A stretch of 64,000 bases of DNA, taken from Chrysomallon squamiferum (lineage: Eukaryota; Animalia; Mollusca). Both the position numbers and the translations under genes were made by a program. The notes beneath the pieces were generated by a model that was given only the letters and a program-made list of their open reading frames with translations, ran no database searches and was not told the origin of the DNA. The stretch lies in the NCBI GenBank assembly GCA_012295275.1, contig CM022665.1:1922001-1986000 (forward strand), in the 5' to 3' direction. Shown piece after piece: positions 1 through 52,865 of the stretch (within the stretch, counting starts at the first letter, position 1; every line of letters begins with the position of its first letter).

Positions 1-2409
1 AAATTTTTTTTTTTTTTAAAGTTTAATCGTGACTTCTGTTACCGCCAGGTGATCGCAAATTCTCTAGGCGTCCACTTCATTTTTACAAATGTCTTTTTTG
101 CGTGTTTTGACAGTATTCTCCTATTTTAAAGACCTCTAAGCCACAGGAGAGAAAACTGTACAGAGTTTTAATTGTCACTTTATCTAAACTAAGCACCACC
201 TTATCGATTCTGTGGCGAGAAAAACCGTCCAATTACGTATACTGTTTCTATATTCTGACTGCTTCTGATAAGACGAACGCTGAAAAATTACAAAAATGAC
301 AAATCGTAACGTGGCGGTTTAGGCTCCTCCAGTGAAAACCAAGAATGCTGTGGCCTCGACTTTGAGAGTGTCACGGATTATAATTATATCACAGTCATTT
401 TCTAAAACACCACCAATTAGAGGGTTTTCTTTTCTCTTTAACTGATAGTGTGGATAACGTATCCATTTCCTGCGCATAGCTTTAAAAGTGTGCAGTCAGT
501 AAAATCTTACAGTTCATGTTGTTTTGAAAGTGACGCCACCCAATTAACTAACAAATAAATAAGAATACACGCACACATACATTCACACACGTCTCAGATT
601 AAATAAACAAGGATTACATCGCTCATATAAATAATAATAATAACAACAACAAAAACAACATCGTAGCTTAATCCTATCACAAACTCCAGTGTAATCATGA
701 ATATATATCTGCAAGTATTTTCTTCACAATAAATTTCATCACAGACCATGTGCTATCTGGTTCAGCTCAGTTGTAACAAATATTACAGAATTAATTATAT
801 TGGTGGCAGTTCTAGAACTCTCTGTATCTACACAGTGTTTTGAATTAAACCTCTCATTAGTCCACCAGTGCTTTCTATACTAAAAATTAACTAATGCATT
901 CAGATCCAGTGTGAAATAAAATAATTAATTAATTAGTACGCGAATAAAATAATTAATAAAAATAACAACAATCAGTTATGAGATAGCACTGGCAGTCCTT
1001 TGTATATATATATATATATATAGTAGCAACGTTTATTTTTTGGGGGTGGGGGGTTGACAAGTCTACTTAAAGTGTTGTCAAACGACATGATATTCGATGT
1101 TACATTATACATTATACCATCTAATACTAAGAAAGCTTTAATATTTTATTTATTTACTTAAGTCTGGTGGGTAAAAATAACATCAACCTCAAAACGCAGT
1201 GAATTTCCGCACCTCGTACCTCTTAAATGATATGTTATAACTTTCTAAGAATTTGAAATTACTATTTCTAGCAGTTTTTATATGAGGCCAATATCAAAAT
1301 GTGGTATCAAAATATAAACACTAAAGAAGTAACTTTTAACTCTGTGAGTGTGTAATTTATTGAAGTAAAAATTATAGCTCCGTCTCAGAAAGCTATACTT
1401 TCAGTTACTGCCCGAAAATACAGAAATGTATCTAGTCGACTATCTTATCTTGCCATTACTTACAGTGATTTCAGGATGTGTATATATAGTAAAAGTGTAT
1501 GTGTGTGTAAAATGTGTTTTGTAATTGTAATATTTGTAAATATTTTATGTAATATTTAAGTTGTGTGTATGTTTGTGTTTGTGTGTGGGTATGTGTGTGT
1601 ATGTGTGTGTGTTTGTGTGTGTGAGTGTAAACTAAAATCCCGGTTAAAATCTTTGGGGGTATATCACAACGCAATATTGCGTTTTTAATATTTTCCTGTT
1701 TACAAATAATTCCATGGTTATTATAACATCAAACATTTGTTTATAAACTGTGGTGAACGAGATATCACAGTGTCGTTTTTCATGAATATTTATAACCTAT
1801 TTATCTTTCCTTTTTCTTTGTTTTCTTATTTAGTCTATCAGTTTCAGACCAGAATAAAATTTACATGTGATTTACTTTTAATATTTATAAAAACATTTAA
1901 TACAGGTTAGAGAGTAAAACTCACGAGCAGAATTTTCTCGCCTTAAATTATTCAACATTACTGGATCAAAAATCCTTTACAGAGCGAGTCACCGTATTCC
2001 GACTAAGTTGTGCTTAATTTTGCCGTATACAACATGACTCGCAGCTACACTTCCAGTGTGTTTGAGATAAATCATAACAAAGATTGTATTTCGGCTGAGA
2101 TCACTGCATATAATAGTATTTCAGTGATAGTTTTTGAGGGGTATACGTGAGATGGCAGCACTAATCACAACAATATACGTTTGTTTTGCTACATGCTCTG
2201 TTATCAGTTACGAGTTACGCTTATACATGGAATACACTCGTTTGGATAAAACAAGTAAAAACAAAACAGAACAACAATAGAACCACAATACAAACCCTTA
2301 AATATTAAAGCTGTCACTGTATCTTTTGGGCGCCCCTCAGCATAGAAATTAAATTACGTGACAAATTATTAAAATTTAAAAAACTACAACTAAAATGAAC
2401 AATAAACAG

Positions 2410-2448
<39 letters not shown>

Positions 2449-3719
2449 AGAAAGAATAAATATATATAGGGCCTATATATATATATATATATATATAAAA
2501 CGTATGAAATGCTGTGATGTCTTTATTTCTTTAAATTTTATATTGCTATGTAAGATATTAACTATGTATTCATATTGAAATTAATAACAACTGAGCCAAA
2601 TATTCACCATCAGCAACAAAAGTTTAAAATGACCACACTCAACAAAAATGCCTTCTACGAAAAGAACTACTACCACTCTTATTAAATGTCAAATTTTAAG
2701 AGTGAAACAAAATATTTTTTATTTCATTTAACAGGAATATATCATTTCTAAACTCGTTTACTGAAAAATGTGCACTACAATAAAAATAAATATCTTAAAC
2801 ATCGATGTACTGATAATTTAGATATTTACACACATGCCGATTTTCAATACTTATTTATTAAATTTTATTATGCATAAAAAGATCTCGATATCTCGAACAT
2901 CGATACCGCGGCATTTCAGACTTTTTCCCTGGCGCTGTCTTGTATTACCTCGACAACTGCGTCACAGACAGCTCCATTTATGACAACTGATGCTTTGGCA
3001 CCATGCAGCAGATATCCGATACACGAATTAATTCCTGTTTTTCTATTTCCGTATATTATTAAAGAAGTAATGTAATTTAGAGTCTGATGCTCCCGTAGAT
3101 ACACCAGTACATGAGAAAATGGAAGCTCCCAAATCAAATGAAAAGTCGATAATAACATTTAGACGTAAAAAAGAATAATAAAAAAAAAAAAAAAAAAAAA
3201 AGTTAATGAAATATATTTTAGTGAAACAAAACAAAAAAAAGTGTATATGTACGTGTGTAAGCGCGTGCGTGCATGCCTCTGTGTGTGTATGTGTGTGTGT
3301 ATTTAATTTAATTAATGAAAGTACAAGTATTTAGTTACATTTTGGAAATTAAATTAATTGTTAATGTTTACTCTATATATGAAATTGCATTTTTCAATTT
3401 TTTCTTATAAATTAATTTTAAATATAATGGTTTTTATTCTATTTTGTTTTGTTTTGTTTTATATTGTACTGTACTGTATTGTTTTGTTTTGTTTCTTTCT
3501 TTGTTTCTTTGTTTCTTTATTTATTTATATTATATTATATTATATTATATTTTCCGTACAATATTTAAGAATTCTTTTTCCTGTCGTGTCATAAAGATAA
3601 GTAATTGCCGTACTCTTTACATATATTTCAAAAATATATTACTTTAATTTGTGATCATCATTTTTGTTTTGTTACACACACATACACAGATAGATAATAT
3701 ATATATTTTCTTTTGCTTC

Positions 3720-3840
3720 AATAATAATGATGATAATGATGATTGTGATAATGATAATGATGATGATGATGATTGTGATAATAATGATGATGATGATGAC
3801 GATGATGATGACGATGATGATGTTCTTAATAATGATAATG
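3720..3840. repeat. Compound (GAT/AAT)n microsatellite
   Basis: Visible trinucleotide repeats; source of the poly-Asp pseudo-ORF. Confidence 0.9.
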
Positions 3841-5379
3841 CGAGATGTCTGAAGTAGTTATTTATTTATTTATTTTGTGGGACATTTATTGATATTTAAG
3901 GAGAAATATGATAATCTTAAACCTATTTGTAAAATGTCAATCCGATATATTAAACGATAAAGATAAGAAAGAATTTAAAAACTAACGTTATAAATTAATT
4001 TCAAATACTGTTTCCAAAGTAGTGTTTTATTTTATATGGATTCAAATTTAAATAAATAAATAAATGTATATTAAGAATCAATTTGTTTGTATTTTGGGGA
4101 AGTTACTTGTGTAGCCACACTTAGAGCTGACTGGAAAGGAATGTAGGTCTATGTTTAAGAAATATCTAATTAGACCAAACTTTGTTTTTAAGTTTAAATG
4201 ATATAATATCAGTATTACGGAATGATTTTGAAATATTTATTTTGTTTTATTTAGAGCTTCGACTAGACAGTTTTTTTGTTTGGTTGGTTGTTCGTTCTTG
4301 CTTTAGTTGTTGTTGTTGTCGTTTTTATTTACTTGATACATTTACAAAGATTCCGTTATAAATATTTTAATTTTTTTTAAATTTCATAATTACATTAAGC
4401 TTTTAAAATTATCCATAACAACCCGTTTTTTTTTTTTTTTCTTTTTTTTTTTAAAAAAAAGAAAATTAAATCATTTTGGTTTCACTATAATGCTTCGTAA
4501 AAGCGAATTTAGAATCCGAGACCGATTTAAAATAAATGCAACGGAAAGAAACAGCATTTCGTTTTAGTCCATTTGTCTGACACAACAATGCAAAAAGGTG
4601 ATTTTAGACATAAAACATTTCTCTGAATTGGCGGCTAAAAGGGTCAGTTTTCAAAAGGGTTAATGGGGAACTTTCAGTTAGAATCAGCGGCGAGTCGAGA
4701 ATTGTCTTCTAGATGTTACTGAATCGATAAACTCGTGATGCCATGCAATTCCGAATCTCGAATCTAAATCGCCAGTTCACTTCAACATATTTCCGTTCAC
4801 ATCGACCTGAAGTTCAACAGCGTTATCCTGTGTTTATGATCCTGGATCTTGGGTTGCTTTCCAACTGAAATTGTTTCATTAGTCAAATTAGGTGCCGTGC
4901 ACGTTTTATCATAGTACCAGGTAGTGCCTATAACCGGCACCAGACGTATAATTAATGTCATCCAACCTGAAATCTTACGTTTAAGTATTATCAGCGCGAT
5001 TTTTATAAAATAATTGTGTCAGTGCATGAGAAATTTTAAGACTGACAATGCATATGTGCTTGCAAATTAACACTTTTAATAATAAAACAGTGCGGGGGAG
5101 GGGAGGAAATCAGTTACAGACCAGTTTTAATACACCTACGTACTTCACCCGCTCGATTTGAATTGTGAATAAGAAAATGATTTCTGGCAATGTTTCCAAT
5201 TTAATCCATTTCTTTGCAATAATTACAGTCTCGACGTTTACACCTAACTACTGATTTACAAATCATAAAAACGCCTGGTGACTGTAAACTATTATAAAAG
5301 ATACTAGTCTCAACTTCAAACAGCTGTTGGCCATCTTTCCCTTTTTTATTTCTTTTTTCTTTTCTTTCTTTTATTATTA

Positions 5380-5411
<32 letters not shown>

Positions 5412-5929
5412 AGGATTAATGAAGAGGCTGAAAATGTTCCACATGATGATTGTATCACGATAATTACGTGATCAACATTGTAAATTGGTAAAATAAGAGC
5501 GCACTTCTGATAAACATTACTTTCAGCTTCGTTTCACAAGAATATAGGCCTAACTAAAAAAAAAGAAAGTCTAACATTTTAAATTCCTATCTTTCCATCA
5601 AAATTTAAATTATAAGCATATATACTTTATTATATCAAGGCCCTTAATTCACCATAAATCAAAGTGGTTCCCCTTAGTTAATAGTAACAATGAAAGTATT
5701 TTGTACGTGTGAAAAATGTTATATTTTTGAAGTTTGTTGAATTGATATCATTTTGCATAATCATGTAAATATTTTACTTTTCAATAAATATGATTTGCAT
5801 ACAGTTTTGTGCACATGTATTTTCTACTTGGAAAGTCAAGACAAACTAATTTATTTTCCCATGAATGTAGTATATTTCATGCAACAAGTTGAGTAACTCT
5901 ATTTTTTTCCTCATACAGTTTAATTACAA

Positions 5930-5993
5930 TAAAAAAGAAAAAAACACAGTTTATTTGTTTTGTACAGTTTTATGCGTAGTAAGTATGTTTATT
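5930..5993 (-). terminator. Candidate polyadenylation region
   Basis: AATAAA on the minus strand at 5988-5993 and 5950-5955, followed by ACTGTGTTTTTTTCTTTTTT. It coincides with the change in CpG content. Confidence 0.4.
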
Positions 5994-8900
5994 ACCCCAG
6001 TCTTCATCGCTCATTTACAAGTTTCGAGCAAATTTTACACATTTCAACAAGTATTTTTTAATTATTATTATTTTTTTTAATGAAAAGATACACCTGAAAA
6101 ACATCATTTCCACACTCACACTAATTTACCAACAGCACAGACAACCTGTAAATTAACAATAGTTTATTTGAATAAGTCCAATCAGTCGTACACATTCACG
6201 CCAGGCTCCTATATTTTGAATGAAATTACCATTCCATTCATCTTGTTTATGATAAAGATATTTATGATTTTTTTTCTTTTTTTCTTTTTTTTGGTTTTTT
6301 TTTTTTAATTTTTTTTTCTTTTTTTCTGAGAGTCTGCAATATATCTGCATCAAATAAAGCAAAATAACATAATCAACAAGCAAACAAACATAATAGTTGT
6401 ATGAAATGAGGTATTTTTCAGAATGTAATCAGGACACACAGAAAAATAATTTTAAAATTACACACTGAATTTTATAATCAGTTTGATGTGGAAGATGAAT
6501 TTGTTATTAGTTTTCTCAAATTTAATTTCTTTATGAATTTAAAATGTATAGTTATTTTTGGTTGTAATGAATCAGTGCTGTAAATAAAATGAAAACTGTT
6601 TAATTTTATAGCACAACAGAAATAATTTTTTAAAAAGAAACATTTGCATATATTTAAATCCCCCAACAAATGTTTTAAATGTCATGATTAAAAATACTGT
6701 TTGCATAATCATAAAACCACAACTGTCATGAAACAAGGCAAAAACTCAAAATAATTCATACATAAACCTGCTAAGAAAAAGAGAAAAAAAATGACGACAA
6801 AATCGTCTCCGTTGTATATTTATATATACAACATACATTTTGTATAAATATTATATAATTTTCTCAAGTTGAAAAACACTTCAACACATATTAATTAAAC
6901 TATGAACAAAATTTCTTCTCCCATCTTATCATGTGTTTTTTCTTCTTTAATAATTAAAAAGAAAAAACATTCCAGATTATCTAAAATAGAATATACTTAC
7001 ATTTCTACTGTATACAAATGCCAGATACAGGGGTAACGTGGAGGTGCAGTGTGAACTGATTGAAAATCATATAAAAGCAGTTTTAACAAAGTAGCAAAAG
7101 AAACAAAAGTCTGCTGTTTAAACATAAATAATAAAATCTGATGACTGTTCCTGTAATAATCTTACAGACATGAAATGAAGTTGATATTTATAAAATAAAA
7201 CCATAATGTCTTCACAAGTAATGGAAAATTATTCTTACAATAAAATCATTACAGAAACAGTCATGAAACAGAAAAATGTGTGTACTGAATGTAAAGAAAA
7301 AACCTATTTTGTTATATTTCTGGATGTTTTTCACTTTTACTTTGATTAAAAACTACATCAGTCTCTATAATGCTGATTGTCAAGATGCCAAACTAATGTT
7401 TCTGAGCTTATAAAAAATTTAAAATCTAACTCAAAGCAGAATTACTCACATTGTGATCTACTTTATAGCTTCAAGTCTAGATTGAAAAAACCCAGCTAAC
7501 TTTTACAAGCTCAGATACATGAGTGTGGCTTAGAAAACTCTTCATTTGATGTTCTTCATTTCAAAAAAAAACAAAAAAAAACAACCCAAAAAACCTACAT
7601 GTGGCAGACTCAGAAATAAATAATCACTGTCACAGTATTACAATATTTCCAAAAGCTGCCTTCAGAGAAAGAAGCAGTGAAATAATCAGATCTTTGGCAT
7701 TAACTGGAATATCACTTTGAACTAAAAACCAAGGAACACTGAATGTAACACTGGCTTGGTCACACCTAAGTAAATGATCCTGTATAAGAGGGAAATACTT
7801 GCTCTCTTTGAACAGACTATTAAAAGCAGTTTTTTTATTTACAAGTAGAGATGACTTGATAACAAAGATGACATTGTTAAGTGCTCTCTATGTTTTCGAG
7901 GTTAATGTATGGAGTGGCTTTTTAAAAAACTAGCTTTTTGAAAATGAAAAGTATATCAGACAACAACAACAACCAAAAAAAAACAACAACCAGAAACAAA
8001 AAAAATTGTGAAATCACCTAAATGTATTGAAATATGGACAGTTAATCTATCTTGGTTAATTATATTAAAATCAGATTTCTAATAAGAAGTGTGACCTTGC
8101 CAATATTTATCACTCCTATATCTTGAGGATTGTTTCATTCTCTGTACTGACATATCTATCCTTTTTACTGAGATTCTGTTATTAAGTTTAGGAATTCTCT
8201 TTATATGGACAACCAACATTAAAAGCCAGTAACCTGTCTTCAGGTTTCTTATTTATTTTAATTAAATTACATCATAATTTTGTCTGTGATTAGAAAGAGT
8301 ATTTGGTCTGTTTAGTTCATCGTCTTTTATTAAACTTATTATTATCTTTTTTTTTTTTTTTTTTGAAGTATTGTAATATTTTAGCAGAAAATAAAATAGC
8401 TTAAATTATTTTCAAACAACTTTTTTAAATTATAGAACAAAAGTAAATAAAATTTCACCAAAACAAATATCTATTTTAATATACTTGAAAAACCCAACCC
8501 TCCAAAACACCCAACACAAGAATAAAACTAAGCAGTAATAATAAATAAATAAATAAATAAATAAAAATATAAATAAATGTGAACAGAAAGTGATGTGTTA
8601 AAAAACAATATAATCCAATGAAAATTTGAAATATTAACTTTAATTCAAAAATAACTATAAATCAAATTTTTGGAAATAAAAAATGTTGATAATTTATATG
8701 CAAACTGAATATTTAATATGACTATAAAACATAATACACCAAAATTAATGTTTACCAAATGTTAATGCCATTTGTAAAGAATTACAGTTAAATTGTGTCT
8801 GCTAACACAGACTCCATGGTAGCCTGATAGAGAAACAGCTGTTGATGAAGAAGTGTGACAAGTGATTTACCATCAGTGATAGCATCCCATTATTAATCCA

Positions 8901-10408
8901 GATTAATCAAAATGTCTCTATTACGAAGTTTTGTTGTAGAAAATTACCTCTATTTACATTTCATATTCAAAAATTCTTAATGTTAGATCATGTGATCAGA
9001 ATTTTTATATTTAACTTGTAATTATTTAAGTTGACAAGTTTCTGCCTGAAAAACCTAACTGTTTCATTTTATTTTACCTAAACTTAAAACAAAATCTCAG
9101 GTAGGAAATTTAACTCAATTTAGTTGTTTTTGTTGTTGGTTTTTTTCTCATCATTAACAGAAATCTTTTTGGTTAATGTTTATTTTTGATATTTCTGTCA
9201 ATAAAAATAAAGCACCAACAAATATATGTTTCCAAATTAAATGTAACAGTTGTTATTTTTCTGATGATTTTCTTTTGACTCGAAAGAAAGAAAAAAGTTA
9301 CGTAATATATACATGTATATTAAATATTAAACTATGCCCAGGATTTTTATTTTTTTATTTTAGGTGGGTTATTGCTTTGTTAGGATAATGGTAACTCAGG
9401 AAATATAAAAAGATTAAGATCTATACAACTATTAATAATAATAATAATGAACTATTAATGTTCTGGAAGAGAAATACTTTATTTATATTTGAAAAGAAAA
9501 AAAAAAGAAAAAAGAACAGAACTGAAATAAGTTAATGTGGAATGCATTTGCCTTAAAATAGTTTGATCTGCCTTGAGGTATTTCCTGTTATGTAAAGCTT
9601 TATGTAACCAGTACATTCTAAATTAGATGTTTCTACCTACTGATAGGGTAGCATCGCCTGGGAGTGGATGTCGACACTATACACATGCGTTAACACGACA
9701 CCCGCAACGTAACACAGAACTACAGATATATTCTATTTAACATGATGGTACTGATGAGAAAATCTGCAACAAACTGTTGGACATTTTTCTTCCAAACAAA
9801 ATAATCATCATCATCATAATAAAACTGAACTGTCAGCGATGGTTTTGTTTTCACTGCAGACTGCACCATAATGTCCCAATGCTGCTACTGCTGGGGCAGC
9901 ATCAGTTGCCTAATACTGCAACTACTCAAACAACATCACCTTCCATCATGGTGACGTTGGGCACATCACTAGATGTCACAACAGATAAAAAAAAAAAAAA
10001 AAAAAAAAGTTACTAAATATTGAGGACACCAATGAATACATTAACTGTGTTATGCCACCAATGTTGCCATGGCAACAGCAGCATGTTTCTGCTGATGTCG
10101 CTGTACACAATGAGGGACAATGCTGCATCACCTCCAGATAATGAATGTTTTAATGACAACATATGTGACTAGGTCATCCACCACAGTTTACAACAATGAG
10201 CTGCTCATGGCTGCTTATTTTTTGTTATTATTTAAATTCTTCACGTTGATGTATAAAGAAAGGTCCCCTCATCAGCATTGAGAATTATATTCTCAAATAA
10301 AGTTGCATTCACTGCCATAGTTATTTCTGTCCATGCGAGCAATGTTCAGACTGCCAGCATTGTTTGTAACTAGAGCTAAACCTTCAGTTCGCTCTGCACC
10401 AAATAGAA

Positions 10409-10446
<38 letters not shown>

Positions 10447-10515
10447 GTTGTTGTTTTCTCTTGTTTTTTTGTTGTTTTTTAAAAAGCCATTTCCAACCTT
10501 GGAAGTGTTCTGTTG
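5960..10515 (-). other. Putative long 3'UTR of Meis (~4.5 kb, distal end approximate)
   Basis: Follows the stop codon, is U-rich on the minus strand and CpG-poor, and ends near AATAAA hexamers with a downstream GU/U-rich tract. The end point is inferred. Confidence 0.5.
10062..10077. promoter_or_regulatory. Perfect palindromic RFX X-box
   Basis: TGTTGCCATGGCAACA, a 16-bp palindrome containing the consensus GTTGCCATGGCAAC. Confidence 0.55.
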
Positions 10516-50708
<40,193 letters not shown>

Positions 50709-50972
50709 TCAGTATTTAGGAGGTGGGTTTTTTTTTCTATCATTTTCCGGTGAATTTTAGACTAAGTTAAACTGAATAACCAGATTATATTGATGTTTTG
50801 GTAATTTTAACCTAGATTTTTTTTTTTTTTTCAATGCTTTTAGAATTTGAGTTAATATATGTCATTACTAAACAGAATTATATATTAAAATATTTTGTAC
50901 TATAACTCTTTTCTAAAACATATTTTATCATTTTTAAAATTTAGATACTTAAAATAAATACAAACTTGTGTA

Positions 50973-51007
<35 letters not shown>

Positions 51008-52834
51008 TTATCAAATACACATGTGGAATTTAATTAGGATATAAATCACCTGTTATGTTATATTTATAATAATCTAACTGAATAATTCCATGCAAAATTG
51101 CTTTCTGTTTTGCAAGTTGTTGTTAAAAAAAAAAAAAAAAAAACTTTATTTATTTAGCCTGCCACATGCATTATGTTATTAAAAAGTACATAAATGAAAA
51201 TAATTCAATGATTACATGAGAGTTTAGATAACTCTGATTCAGTGGTAAATTGATGAGTGAAATGTCAGGAGGGAGGACCAAGCCCTGGCGGTATGCTGAA
51301 GCAGCTATTAAGTGGTTTGTGATAAAAACAAAAGGTCAACTTCCATTTTGTACACTGAGCAAACCATCATGATTACCAAAAATCTCCCAACAACAGACAG
51401 GAAGCCTTGCAACTTAGCAGCATCGAGCTGGGTGCGACAAAATGTCACAGCAATTTTTTTTTTTGTTTCTGCTCATTAAGTCATCTGAAAGATGAAAACA
51501 TGGCTGTCCTCATGTCCCAGTAATTGGATGCAGGTCAGAGGGAAAGTTTTCTTGATGAGCATCATCATCCATCTTTTTGCAAATTTCCTCCTCTTGTCAA
51601 AAGAGGTGGATAAAAGGTCCCATGAAAAGTGGAAAAAAACCTCCAGTGAAGAAGAAAAATGGACTCCCCAGAGTCCTCAGTAAAATTCACTTAATTTCAT
51701 TTCAGTCTCTTTCTCATCGAAAAGATTGGCCTCTTACGGCCTGCTAATAGTGTTAGTTACCTAAGCCTTATTAAATCCATCCAAAAGTTTAGTCTAATGA
51801 CACCTTATCGTAATATATGGTCAGTTGGTAATTTGCTTAGGGGGAGATTAAGAAAAACTAGTACTTCTTGCTTCTTCAAAACAGGAAAACAGTGCTGCAC
51901 TTGCATGCCTCTTGGGATAGATTTTTCAAAATTATTTCAGATCTTGCAAAAGTTAAAAATAATTAGAACTGTTCTGGGCCCTTGTGCCTCAATATTATAT
52001 AAACAGTTTGATTTAAATGAGAGATATTTTAAAACACAATTTTAAAGAATGGTTTTCAGTTATTAATGTTTTACATACCAGCAGATTATTAGTCATAGAA
52101 TTTCAATGTTTTACGAAGTTATTATTCACTTTGTTGGTGTGAAAAATATTTTTGAATTGTCCTTTGCTGAACATAGAAACCTTGCAGCTGGTTAAAAGCC
52201 AGTTGTTTGAAATAAACATGTAATCCAATGAAGAACTGCACTGTCACCAGCCAGAAACTTGTAGTACCGACTGTAGTTTAATCTCCTCAAATAAAACACA
52301 GCAGCGAGGTAATGCTGAGTACATGTGGCGCTGGATGGCGGGACATTTCCTAACAGTGTTGTCTTAGACTAAGTATCTATTTTACATCAGCTACTCTTAA
52401 CCCTGTGAGCAATTTGCCACAAAGGACTTTCAACAGGCCAAATTCCACTTCCATATTAATACTGTCAACTTATCCCTGGGCACACAGATTTGGATAAATA
52501 TTCTGTGTTTTTACAATTAAGTGTAGAAACATTGGCCCATCAGAAAGTCAAGGTATTGTGTGTTTAGTGGGGAGAAGGTAAACATGCGCCAGTGGCAGGC
52601 CACAATAGACCTGGCTTGTGGCAGGAATTAGGGATCTCTCCTTACACAGACAATGTTACCCGCAGTATGTCCACTACAACAGGGAGGCATGGTGCCTTTG
52701 TGGGAAGAAAGAATAAATTTACAGAATCAGTTCAGCTTTAGGATTTGTCAAAATAAAACAAAAATAGGAAATTTAATAATTTTTTATATTCATTTGTAGG
52801 ACATTATAATACATATATATATATATATATATAT

Positions 52835-52865
<31 letters not shown>

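Noticed and set aside
1-5600. A separate gene or transposon in the CpG-rich left end
   Set aside because: No coherent ORF, splice-supported exon chain, terminal inverted repeats or Pol III boxes could be identified.
9652-9709. 3'UTR hairpin as a SECIS element or pre-miRNA
   Set aside because: Lacks the AUGA/GA quartet and apical AA, the CDS has no in-frame UGA, and the 8-nt bulge is atypical of pre-miRNAs; kept only as a generic structure.
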